A stretch of 56,577 bases of DNA from an uncultured bacterium. Lineage in GTDB: Bacteria > Pseudomonadota > Alphaproteobacteria > SP197. The notes under the pieces were generated by a model. That model searched no databases and had not been told where the DNA came from. It saw only the letters and a list, made by a program, of their open reading frames with translations. This document shows, one piece after another, positions 36,554 to 44,273 of this stretch. The position numbers were made by a program, and so were the translations under genes. The DNA is taken from positions 1 to 56,577 of the forward strand of contig CALLQH010000080.1 in NCBI GenBank assembly GCA_938014945.1, given 5' to 3'. Every line of letters starts with the position of its first letter. The first letter of the stretch is position 1.

Positions 36554-37510
36554 ATGAGCCGCACACTGAACCAGCCGCTGGGCGGCAACCAGATGCCCCG
36601 CTTCGGCGGCCCTGCCACGATGATGCGCCTGCCGACCCAGGAGGACGCCGCGGGACTGGACGCCTGTTTCGTGGGCGTGCCGCTGGACATCGGCACCTCG
36701 AACCGCGCCGGTTCACGCCACGGCCCGCGCCAGATCCGTGCCGAATCCTGCCTGCTGCGGCCCTACAACATGGCGACGCGCGCGGCGCCCTTCGACAGCC
36801 TGCAGGTAGCCGACATCGGCGATGTGCCGATCAACACCTTCAACCTGCCCAAGTGCATGGACATCATCACGGACTTCTATGACGAGAAGATCGTGGCCCA
36901 TGGCGCCAAGCCGCTGACCCTGGGCGGCGACCACACCATCGTCCTGCCGATCCTGCGTTCCCTGTTCAAGAAACACGGCAAGCTGGGCCTCGTCCATGTC
37001 GATGCCCATGCCGACATCAACGACACCATGTTCGGCGAGAAGATCGCCCACGGCACGCCGTTCCGCCGTCTGGTGGAGGAAGGAATTCTCGACGGCAACC
37101 GCACGGTCCAGATCGGCCTGCGCGGTTCGGGCTATGCCGCAGAGGATTTCGACTGGCCGGTGGAGCAGGGTTTCCGCGTGGTGCAGGCGGAGGAATGCTG
37201 GATGCGCTCGCTGGAGCCGCTGATGGCCGAGGTGCGCGAGAAGGTGGGCGGCGGCCCGGTCTATATCTCCTTCGACATCGACGGCCTCGACCCGTCCTTC
37301 GCGCCGGGCACCGGAACGCCCGAAATCGCTGGGCTGACGAGCAGCCAGGGTCTGGAGATCATCCGGGGTTGCCGGGGGCTCGATGTGGTCGGGGGCGATC
37401 TTGTGGAGGTTTCGCCGCCCTACGATCCGCACGGCAACACGGCGCTGACGGGCGCCAACATGCTGTTCGAAATGCTCTGCGTCTTGCCCGGCGTCGAGTA
37501 CCGGGCCTGA
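36554..37510 (+). CDS. Agmatinase-family ureohydrolase (agmatinase / guanidinobutyrase / guanidinopropionase type)
   Basis: Mn-ligand motifs LGGDHTI, VHVDAHADIND and SFDIDGLDPSFAPGTGTPE. N-terminus is PRFGGPATMMRLP. The true ATG is at 36554, inside ORF 36206..37510. Confidence 0.85.
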   Translation: MSRTLNQPLGGNQMPRFGGPATMMRLPTQEDAAGLDACFVGVPLDIGTSNRAGSRHGPRQIRAESCLLRPYNMATRAAPFDSLQVADIGDVPINTFNLPKCMDIITDFYDEKIVAHGAKPLTLGGDHTIVLPILRSLFKKHGKLGLVHVDAHADINDTMFGEKIAHGTPFRRLVEEGILDGNRTVQIGLRGSGYAAEDFDWPVEQGFRVVQAEECWMRSLEPLMAEVREKVGGGPVYISFDIDGLDPSFAPGTGTPEIAGLTSSQGLEIIRGCRGLDVVGGDLVEVSPPYDPHGNTALTGANMLFEMLCVLPGVEYRA

Positions 37511-37519
37511 GAGCGGCCT

Positions 37520-37666
37520 CTAGAGGCCCTGCAGGCTGAGCAGCGCCATCAGGCTGGCCATGGCGCCCAGAACGGTCAGGCCGAACATCAGGGCGACCTG
37601 ACGGTTATGATCGCGCCGGGCGATCATCGGGGTCGCGGTGGTGACATCGCTGGATCGGGAATGCAT
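37520..37666 (-). CDS. Small hypothetical membrane protein (48 aa), absent from ORF track
   Basis: Hand translation gives MHSRSSDVTTATPMIARRDHNRQVALMFGLTVLGAMASLMALLSLQGL*. It has one C-terminal TM helix, GC3-rich codons, and GAAGGTGAG upstream of the ATG. Confidence 0.45.
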   Translation of the reverse strand: MHSRSSDVTTATPMIARRDHNRQVALMFGLTVLGAMASLMALLSLQGL

Positions 37667-37776
37667 GGCTTCTCACCTTCTGTTCATCAGGAGCACGTCA
37701 GGTCTGCACCCCGATGAACGCCATGTGGTGTGCGGAGGTTCCGGGCGCCTGTGACCTCAGTCACTCCAGAAGCGGT

Positions 37777-37941
37777 TCAGATGGCGGTGTGGACCACAAA
37801 GGCGCCGGCGGTGCCGACAAAGCCCGCCATCAGCGCAAGGCCGACACAAACGGCGAACTGATACATCGCATCGGCCTTCGCGGCGGCCTTGCGGGCCGCT
37901 TCAAGGGCGGCGCGATCGGAAACTGCAATGTTCTTGGCCAT
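37777..37941 (-). CDS. Small hypothetical membrane protein (54 aa), absent from ORF track
   Basis: Hand translation gives MAKNIAVSDRAALEAARKAAAKADAMYQFAVCVGLALMAGFVGTAGAFVVHTAI*. It has an amphipathic N-terminus and one TM helix. GGGGGAAG lies 4 nt before the ATG. Confidence 0.5.
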   Translation of the reverse strand: MAKNIAVSDRAALEAARKAAAKADAMYQFAVCVGLALMAGFVGTAGAFVVHTAI

Positions 37942-38197
37942 GGTACTTCCCCCAAGCTGATGCGGCCCGTTCCATCCGGCGCCGCCGTCGATGAGGGGAA
38001 GATGGTCGATTCGCCTCTGCGGCGCCTATCAAACGGCACGGGTGGGGAGTCGCCTTGGCAATCTGTTTCGCTTTGGCACGAAATGGATGGTCAATCTGTC
38101 ATGCTGAGCGTTTGCGTCAGACCTAACGCATTGGAATAATAGAGAAACCCTTCTCTCCTGCCTCCAAGGTGGATCTGCCGCCCCCGGAACGCAGAAA

Positions 38198-38224
38198 GGG
38201 GCCGCCCCGGTCCGGAGCGGCCCC
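38198..38224 (-). terminator. Stem-loop downstream of the amidinotransferase-fold gene
   Basis: ggggccgc-cccggtccgga-gcggcccc forms an 8-bp GC stem, 25 nt past the stop at 38249. On the minus strand it is followed by tttctgcgtt. Confidence 0.5.
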
Positions 38225-38248
38225 TTCATCGCTGAAAACGGCCTTTGA

Positions 38249-39154
38249 TCAGACGGGATCGCGGCGCAGGGCCTGGGCCATGCAGTGAACGCCACCGCCG
38301 CCCCGGGTGAAGACGTCGACCTCCGGATCGAAGACCTCGAAACCGTGAGCCCGCAGCTTGGCGTTGAGGTCCTTGGCATGGGCAGGCGCCAGGATCTTGT
38401 CGTTGCCGAGCGACATGACGTTGCAGGCAAGGGCCATGGTGTCCTGGTAGTTGACCTCCACCAGTTCGATCTTCTTGGACTTGAGCCAGGCCATGATCTC
38501 GGGGTCGGTGGTGTCCGGGCAGACCGCGCAAAGCTTCTCGGCCAGCATGCAGACCATCAGGTCGATGTGGACGTAGTGCTCGGCGATCGGCGCGATGCGG
38601 ACCTCCCAGCCCTCCTTCTCGAACCACTTGCGGACCTGCTGGGCCGACTGCTCCTGGGTACGCTCGCCGCACCAGCCGATCAGCACGCAGCCGGGCTCGA
38701 TGATGTCGAAATCGCCGCCCTCGAAACTGCCGGCGGTGACCATGTCATAAATCGGGATGCCCTTTTCCATGTAGAAGCGCACCACGGGGCCGTACTCGCC
38801 CCGGCGCCACCACTGGGCCATCTGGGTGACGACCGCGCCATAGGGCGTCATGAACGAGGAATCGCGGGCATAGACCTGGTAGGGCAGCTCCTCGTCGGGC
38901 TCCAGCCAGTGGACCTTCACGCCGGCCGATTCGTAGGCGTCGACCATCTCGCGGTGCTGGCGCATGGCGAGCTGGTGATCGAAGGCATCGCCGCGCTTCA
39001 GCGTCGCCTTGGAGATCGAGCTGGTCGGCAGCCACTTGTAGTTGTCGGCCGGGCCAAGGAGCACGTCGGTCAGATTGCCGTATTCGGAGTTGCAGCCCCA
39101 TTCGGAAAGGACGGGGGTGTTGCCTTGCGGATTGCGGGCGCGGAGCGGGTTCAT
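38249..39154 (-). CDS. Guanidino-group-modifying enzyme superfamily protein (amidinotransferase / DDAH / arginine-deiminase fold)
   Basis: C-terminal catalytic-Cys context (FTRGGGGVHCMAQAL), plus FEGGDF and the pentein-like YARDSSFMTPYG. ATG 39154 (MNPLRARNPQG) follows AAGGGA. Confidence 0.75.
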   Translation of the reverse strand: MNPLRARNPQGNTPVLSEWGCNSEYGNLTDVLLGPADNYKWLPTSSISKATLKRGDAFDHQLAMRQHREMVDAYESAGVKVHWLEPDEELPYQVYARDSSFMTPYGAVVTQMAQWWRRGEYGPVVRFYMEKGIPIYDMVTAGSFEGGDFDIIEPGCVLIGWCGERTQEQSAQQVRKWFEKEGWEVRIAPIAEHYVHIDLMVCMLAEKLCAVCPDTTDPEIMAWLKSKKIELVEVNYQDTMALACNVMSLGNDKILAPAHAKDLNAKLRAHGFEVFDPEVDVFTRGGGGVHCMAQALRRDPV

Positions 39155-39272
39155 GGGCGGTCCCTTGTGTGACGGTGTGGAACAAGGTTCGTCCCCGCCC
39201 GGCGTGAGCGCAAGGGAGAAGAATTCCGCGCCTCCGTGAGTTAAACTATCGCTGACCTGCCCGGAGTGCGAG

Positions 39273-40181
39273 ATGCGCCGCCTGCCCCCGCTCAACGCCC
39301 TGCGCGCCTTCGAGGCCGCCGCCCGCCACCTGCACATCGCGCGCGCGGCAGGTGAGCTCAACGTCACCCACGGCGCGGTGAGCCATCAGATCCGTCATCT
39401 GGAGGAGAGCCTGGGCACCGCCCTGCTCGCACGTACCGGCAACCGCATCGCACTGACCCCGGCGGGCCAGCGCCTGCTGCCCGTGCTGAGCGAAAGCCTG
39501 GACCGCATCGCCGAGGCCACGGCGGGCCTCGCCCACGACGGCGCGGCCGAGCAGGTGACCATCGCCTGCGCGCCTGCGCTGGCGGCCAAGTGGCTGGTGC
39601 CGGAGATGACCGCCCTGCTGGAGCGCCATCCCGGTGTGGCCATCGACATCGCGCCGGCCCAGGAACTCGCCTGGTTCGACCCGCGCCAGCGGGCAAGCCC
39701 GCGCGAGGCCGACATCGTCATCGCCTACGGCCGCCCCGACGCCGAGGCGGTAGGCACGGTGCCCCTGCCCGGCATCTCCTTTTTCCCCGTGATGAGCCCA
39801 CGCCTGAGCCACGGGGCGCGAGCCGTGCGGCGGCCCCAGGACATCGCCCGCCACGCCATCCTGCACGATGACGACGGCACCGGCTGGCGCCGCTGGATGG
39901 CGGCGGCGGGGCTGGAGGGCAGTGCCGAGCTGCGCCACATGCGCCTGGGCAACGCCAGCCTCTCCCTGGGCGCAGCGGTCGACGGACTGGGCATCGCGCT
40001 GGGCGACACGATCCTGGCCGATGCGGACCTTGCCGCCGGCCGCCTGGTCGCCCCTTTCGAGATTCGTGTGCCGGCGCCGGGCGCCTATTTCCTGATGCTG
40101 CCCCAGGGCGCGCGACGGCCCGGCGCGCGCGAGGCGGTGGCGACCTGGCTTGCCGACCGCCTGAGTGCGCGCATGACCTGA
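39273..40181 (+). CDS. LysR-family transcriptional regulator (GcvA-like)
   Basis: Motif LPPLNALRAFEAAARHLHIARAAGELNVTHGAVSHQIRHLE. It is divergent from the amidinotransferase-fold gene. Confidence 0.9.
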   Translation: MRRLPPLNALRAFEAAARHLHIARAAGELNVTHGAVSHQIRHLEESLGTALLARTGNRIALTPAGQRLLPVLSESLDRIAEATAGLAHDGAAEQVTIACAPALAAKWLVPEMTALLERHPGVAIDIAPAQELAWFDPRQRASPREADIVIAYGRPDAEAVGTVPLPGISFFPVMSPRLSHGARAVRRPQDIARHAILHDDDGTGWRRWMAAAGLEGSAELRHMRLGNASLSLGAAVDGLGIALGDTILADADLAAGRLVAPFEIRVPAPGAYFLMLPQGARRPGAREAVATWLADRLSARMT

Positions 40182-40194
40182 GAAATCCTGTTTG

Positions 40195-42027
40195 TCAGTC
40201 CGGCGCGGAGGGCAGCAGCACCGTCACCGTGGTGCCCTTGCCCAGTTCGCTGGCGACAGAGAGGCTGCCGTGATTCGCCTCGACCAGATCGCGGCACAGG
40301 ATGAGACCGATGCCCGACCCGGTCTCGTGGTTGGTGCCGGGCACCGGACGTTTGGCCTCCAGCTCGAACAGGCGCTCCAGCCGATCAGGAGCGATGCCGA
40401 TACCCGTGTCGGCAACCGTGATGCGTGTCGCGCCATCCTCTGATGCCGCTGAAACCGTCACCACGCTTCCCGCCTGACTGTACTTCAGGGCATTGCCGAT
40501 GATGTTGCGCAGCACGGTCTCGATCATGCGCAGGTCGCCGTAGAGGGCGAGGCCTTCGGGGACCTCTGCCTGCAGGGCGACATCCTTGGCCTCGGCCAGT
40601 GGACGCAGGATGGCGAGCACGCTTTCGATCAGGCCGTCGGCCGGCACCTGCTCGGCCGAAAGCGGGTTGCGTCCGGTCTGCAGGGCCGCCCAGTCGAGCA
40701 GGTTGTTGAGCAGGGTGTAGGCCGCGGCCGCGGCATCGCGCACGTTGTGATAGACCGAGACCAGCCGCGTCTTCTCCATCCGCTCGCCCTCGGAGACCAG
40801 CAGATCGCCGTAGTTCAGCAGGACGTTGAAGGGCGAACGCAGGTCGTGGCCGATGATCGAGAGCAGCAGGGACTTCTGCCCGTCCAGCCGCTCGAGCTCG
40901 GCCTGGGCCTCCTTGCGTTCGGCGACCTCGCGCTGGAGCCGCCCGTTGAGGCGCTGATACCACAGAGCGACGGCCGCCAGGACGACGACCACAGCGGCAA
41001 GGGCGCCCGAGAGACGGTAGAGTCCGCTACGGTCGACCTTGGCATCGGGATCGTAGATGAAGCCGTCGAGGTCGATATCGGCCGGCACCATGCCGACATC
41101 AGCATACTTCTGCGCAATGCGCGCCCAGCGGCCGGGGTTGATGTAGCCGACCTCCACGACATTGGCATTGACCAGCGGCTGCATGGCCGATGCCTCGAAC
41201 AGCAGGTGAGGCAGGCTCTTCTGGGAGTCGTACCGCGTCACGATGAGCGAAGCGATCTCCTCGGGATGGGCCATGGCGTATTGCCAGCCCTTCATCGAGG
41301 CATCGACGAAACGGCGCACCATGTCCGGCTTCTCGTCGATCACCGACTGCATGGTGAAGAGGTTGTCGCCGTAGAAGTCGATGCCGCTCTCGATGGGGCG
41401 CAGCAGGACATAGGGAATGCCGCGTGCGGTGAGCTGATAGGGTTCGTCGGTGGAATAGACCGACATGGCATCGACCCGGCCGCTGATGAGACTTTCGACA
41501 TCGAAGTCATGCTCGACGAGATCAAGCTTTTCGGGGTCGATCCCCTCCTCCGTCAGATAGGCGAAGAGCTCCGCCGAGTGCGGCTCGATCATCAGCTTGC
41601 CGGCGACCAGCGCATGAATGTTCGCCGTGGAGGTGCGGCGCAATGCCATCAGGGCGAGCGGCGAGTGCTGGAAGACGTCGGCGAGCACGACGACCGGTGC
41701 ACCGTCGCGGCGCATCAGCAGCAGGTCCGTGGTGCCTACGCCAAAGGTCGCGCGGCCCTCGACAACCTCGTTCATCGGCTCGATGCCGGGCTGGGCCTCG
41801 ACGATGCTCACCTCCAGCCCGGCGTCTCGGTAATAGCCCTGCTCGGCCGCGGCATAGTAGCCGGCGAACTGGAACTGGTGACGCCACTTGAGCTGCAGGG
41901 TCACCTGCTCGGGCCCGTTCTGACGCGATTGCGCATGCACCGACACCGCCGGAAGCGCAATCAGAACGGCCAGAAGCAAGGCCATGCAGCCCCGTCGGCC
42001 AGCGGCGCTGCGAAACCTGCCTGCCAT
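40195..42027 (-). CDS. Sensor histidine kinase with periplasmic NMT1/THI5-like solute-binding domain
   Basis: Signal or TM segment MALLLAVLIALPAVSVHA. SBP-like segment VTLQLKWRHQFQFAGYYAAAEQGYYRDAGLEV. A second TM segment is present. H-box IIGHDLRSPFN, N-box IIGNALKYS, and G-boxes DTGIGI / GSGIGL. The part of the ORF above 42027 is antisense to the TPP gene and is rejected. Confidence 0.85.
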   Translation of the reverse strand: MAGRFRSAAGRRGCMALLLAVLIALPAVSVHAQSRQNGPEQVTLQLKWRHQFQFAGYYAAAEQGYYRDAGLEVSIVEAQPGIEPMNEVVEGRATFGVGTTDLLLMRRDGAPVVVLADVFQHSPLALMALRRTSTANIHALVAGKLMIEPHSAELFAYLTEEGIDPEKLDLVEHDFDVESLISGRVDAMSVYSTDEPYQLTARGIPYVLLRPIESGIDFYGDNLFTMQSVIDEKPDMVRRFVDASMKGWQYAMAHPEEIASLIVTRYDSQKSLPHLLFEASAMQPLVNANVVEVGYINPGRWARIAQKYADVGMVPADIDLDGFIYDPDAKVDRSGLYRLSGALAAVVVVLAAVALWYQRLNGRLQREVAERKEAQAELERLDGQKSLLLSIIGHDLRSPFNVLLNYGDLLVSEGERMEKTRLVSVYHNVRDAAAAAYTLLNNLLDWAALQTGRNPLSAEQVPADGLIESVLAILRPLAEAKDVALQAEVPEGLALYGDLRMIETVLRNIIGNALKYSQAGSVVTVSAASEDGATRITVADTGIGIAPDRLERLFELEAKRPVPGTNHETGSGIGLILCRDLVEANHGSLSVASELGKGTTVTVLLPSAPD

Positions 42028-42165
42028 GCCTTCTCCTTCGTGACGCGCCATGGTAGCGAATTCCGGCGCTGGAGGCTTCCCCCGCCGTCGCATTGACAGG
42101 CGGGCTCCGGCGTCCCGAAGATGACGCCGCGCGACAGCGCCCAGACAGCGAAACAAGGAACTCCC

Positions 42166-43788
42166 ATGAGCAGCAATCTGACCCGCGGACAGGCCCTGAT
42201 GCAGCTTGTCCACGGCTACGGCATCGACACCTGTTTCGGCATGCCGGGCGTCCACACGCTGGAGTACTACCGGGGCATCGGCGACAGCGACATGCGCCAT
42301 GTCCTGTTCCGCCACGAGCAGGGCGGCGGCTTCATGGCCGACGGTTATGCGCGCATCTCCGGCAAGCCGGCGGTGTGCTGCGTCATCACCGGGCCGGGTG
42401 TCACCAACATCGCCACCGCCATGGGCAACGCCTTTGCCGACAGCCAGCCGATGCTGGTGATCGCCAGCACGAACGGTAGCGACGATCTGGGCGCGGGCCG
42501 CGGCCGCCTGCATGAAATCACCGACCAGCGCGCCACCGTCGCGCCGCTGGCGGCCTTCGCGCAGACCATCTTCGACGGCCGATCGATTCCCGGCGCGATC
42601 AACCGCGCCTTCGAGACCTTCCGCGCCGGCCGCCCGCGGCCCTGCTACATCGAACTGCCGATCGACAAGATTGCCGAGGCCGCCGAGTTCGCGACGCGTC
42701 CCTCGCCCGTCGCCGGGCCGCCGCGCCCCGACAGCATCACCATCGAGCGCGCCGCCAAGGTGGCGGCCAAGGCCAAGACCCCGGTGATCATCGCCGGCGG
42801 CGGCGCCATCGATGCCGGCGGGGCGCTGCAGGCGCTGGCCGAGAAGATGGGCGCGCTGGTGATCCTGACCATCGCCGGCAAGGGTGCGATCCCCGAACAC
42901 CATCCGCTGAACGCCGGCTCGTGCCTCACCTCCCCCCACGCCCACAAGCTGGTCGAGGAAGCCGACGTGCTGATCGCCGTGGGTACCGAGATGTCGGAAA
43001 CCGACATCTGGGCCGAGAAGGATTTCCTCGCGCCCAAGGGCAAGCTGATCCGCATCGACATCGACCCTGCCAACCTGTCGCGCGACTACATGCCCGAGGT
43101 CGCCGTGCTGGGCGATGCCGGCGCCTCGATGGCGATGCTGGCCGACGCCCTGCCTGCCAACAACGACGGCAAGCGCGGCTTCGGCGGCAGCCGCGTCGTC
43201 GCCGACCTCAGGAAGAAGGTCATGGCGGACCTCATGAAGGGCAAGCGCTCCAAGAAACTCGCCAAGGTGCTGGACGCGACGCGCGAGGCGATCCCCGAGG
43301 ACGGCTGGCTGATCACCGATGCCACCCAGATCGCCTACTTCGGCAACACCTACTGGCAGACCTCGATGCCGCGCAGCTACACCCACCCCAACGGCTACTG
43401 CACCCTGGGTTCGGCCATGCCCTCGGCGATCGGCGCCAAGCTCGGCGTGCCCGGCCGCAATGGCGTTGCGATGGCGGGCGATGCCGGTTTCCTGTTCACG
43501 GTGCAGGAGCTGGCGACGGCGGTCGACGAGAAGGTCGGCCTGCCGATCCTGCTGTGGAACAACGACGGCCTGGGCCAGATCAAGCAGGGCATGATCGAGC
43601 GCGACATCAAGCCGCTGGGCGTGGAACCCGGCCGCAATCCGGACTTCCTGGCGCTGGCCAAGGCCTTCGGCGCGGGCGCCAAGCGGCCGAAGTCGCTCAA
43701 GGGCCTGACCGGAGCGATCAAGGACGCCTTCAAGGCCGACGGTCCGACCCTGATCGAGGTGCGCGAGGATTCAGACTACCTCAGCTGA
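42166..43788 (+). CDS. Thiamine-diphosphate enzyme of the acetolactate-synthase-like family (candidate 2-oxo-acid decarboxylase, e.g. 5-guanidino-2-oxopentanoate decarboxylase type)
   Basis: Motifs GIDTCFGMPGVHTLEYY, RHEQGGGFMADGYAR, ITGPGVTNIATAMGNAFADSQPMLVI and the TPP-binding GDAGFLFTVQELATA...NNDGLGQI. The specific substrate is inference from context. Confidence 0.7.
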   Translation: MSSNLTRGQALMQLVHGYGIDTCFGMPGVHTLEYYRGIGDSDMRHVLFRHEQGGGFMADGYARISGKPAVCCVITGPGVTNIATAMGNAFADSQPMLVIASTNGSDDLGAGRGRLHEITDQRATVAPLAAFAQTIFDGRSIPGAINRAFETFRAGRPRPCYIELPIDKIAEAAEFATRPSPVAGPPRPDSITIERAAKVAAKAKTPVIIAGGGAIDAGGALQALAEKMGALVILTIAGKGAIPEHHPLNAGSCLTSPHAHKLVEEADVLIAVGTEMSETDIWAEKDFLAPKGKLIRIDIDPANLSRDYMPEVAVLGDAGASMAMLADALPANNDGKRGFGGSRVVADLRKKVMADLMKGKRSKKLAKVLDATREAIPEDGWLITDATQIAYFGNTYWQTSMPRSYTHPNGYCTLGSAMPSAIGAKLGVPGRNGVAMAGDAGFLFTVQELATAVDEKVGLPILLWNNDGLGQIKQGMIERDIKPLGVEPGRNPDFLALAKAFGAGAKRPKSLKGLTGAIKDAFKADGPTLIEVREDSDYLS

Positions 43789-44259
43789 GCCGCCGGCCGG
43801 CCCCGCCAGATAACGCAGGAGGGGCGCGGTGCTGGCCGGATCGCCCGCGCGCTCCCGACCGGCAAAGTCGATCACCTCGACCTCGTGCTCGGTGAGACGG
43901 CGCAGGGCAGGCTGATCGGCCTCCGGCCCCAGGCGTTCGAGCAGGGCGAAGGCCGGCATGTAGTCGGGGTAGCGGCGTTCCATGTCGTCGATGAAGGCGG
44001 GCCAGTCGAGCGGCAGCGCCTTCTGCGCCTGCCGCCGGCCCGAGGCCAGCAGCTCGGCATCCGAACGCGGCACCAGGCCGTGGCGGTCGAGCAGCGGCGC
44101 AACGGCGTTGGCCGCCTCGCGCTCGACCGCGGCAAGCAGACGCAGCTTGGCTGCTTCATCGCCCGAGCTTTGATCGGCGAGTTCGAGGAAGTACCCCTCG
44201 CCCTCGATCTCCTCCTCGAAGTAGCGGCAGAGTGTCGCGTGGTAATCCGGCTGGTCCAT
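43771..44259 (-). CDS. Hypothetical protein (last gene of the TetR / amine-dehydrogenase operon)
   Basis: MDQPDYHATLCRYFEEEIEGEGYF.... The ATG lies 14 nt after the upstream stop and is preceded by AGGAAGAG. The 3' end overlaps the convergent TPP gene by 18 nt. Confidence 0.55.
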   Translation of the reverse strand: MDQPDYHATLCRYFEEEIEGEGYFLELADQSSGDEAAKLRLLAAVEREAANAVAPLLDRHGLVPRSDAELLASGRRQAQKALPLDWPAFIDDMERRYPDYMPAFALLERLGPEADQPALRRLTEHEVEVIDFAGRERAGDPASTAPLLRYLAGPAGGSAEVV

Positions 44260-44273
44260 GGTCTCTTCCTGTC

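Noticed and set aside
38056-38079. TGGCA...TTTCGC and TGGCAC motifs resembling a sigma-54 -24/-12 promoter.
   Set aside because: The GG-to-GC spacing is off by one in the first motif, and the second lacks a -12 TTGC element. Both are on the plus strand, where no downstream gene exists.
39163-39187. Dyad CCTTGT-N13-ACAAGG between the LysR gene and the pentein-fold gene, considered as a LysR T-N11-A box or an RBS-sequestering hairpin.
   Set aside because: The spacing does not fit T-N11-A, and the 6-bp stem is weak. One arm overlaps the SD, which may simply be coincidence.
42028-43386. The upstream ~450 codons of ORF 40195..43386, which would give a 1063-aa sensor kinase.
   Set aside because: That part is antisense to the TPP-enzyme gene and has low-complexity composition. 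A signal/TM segment with an SD-preceded ATG at 42027 gives a normal kinase architecture.
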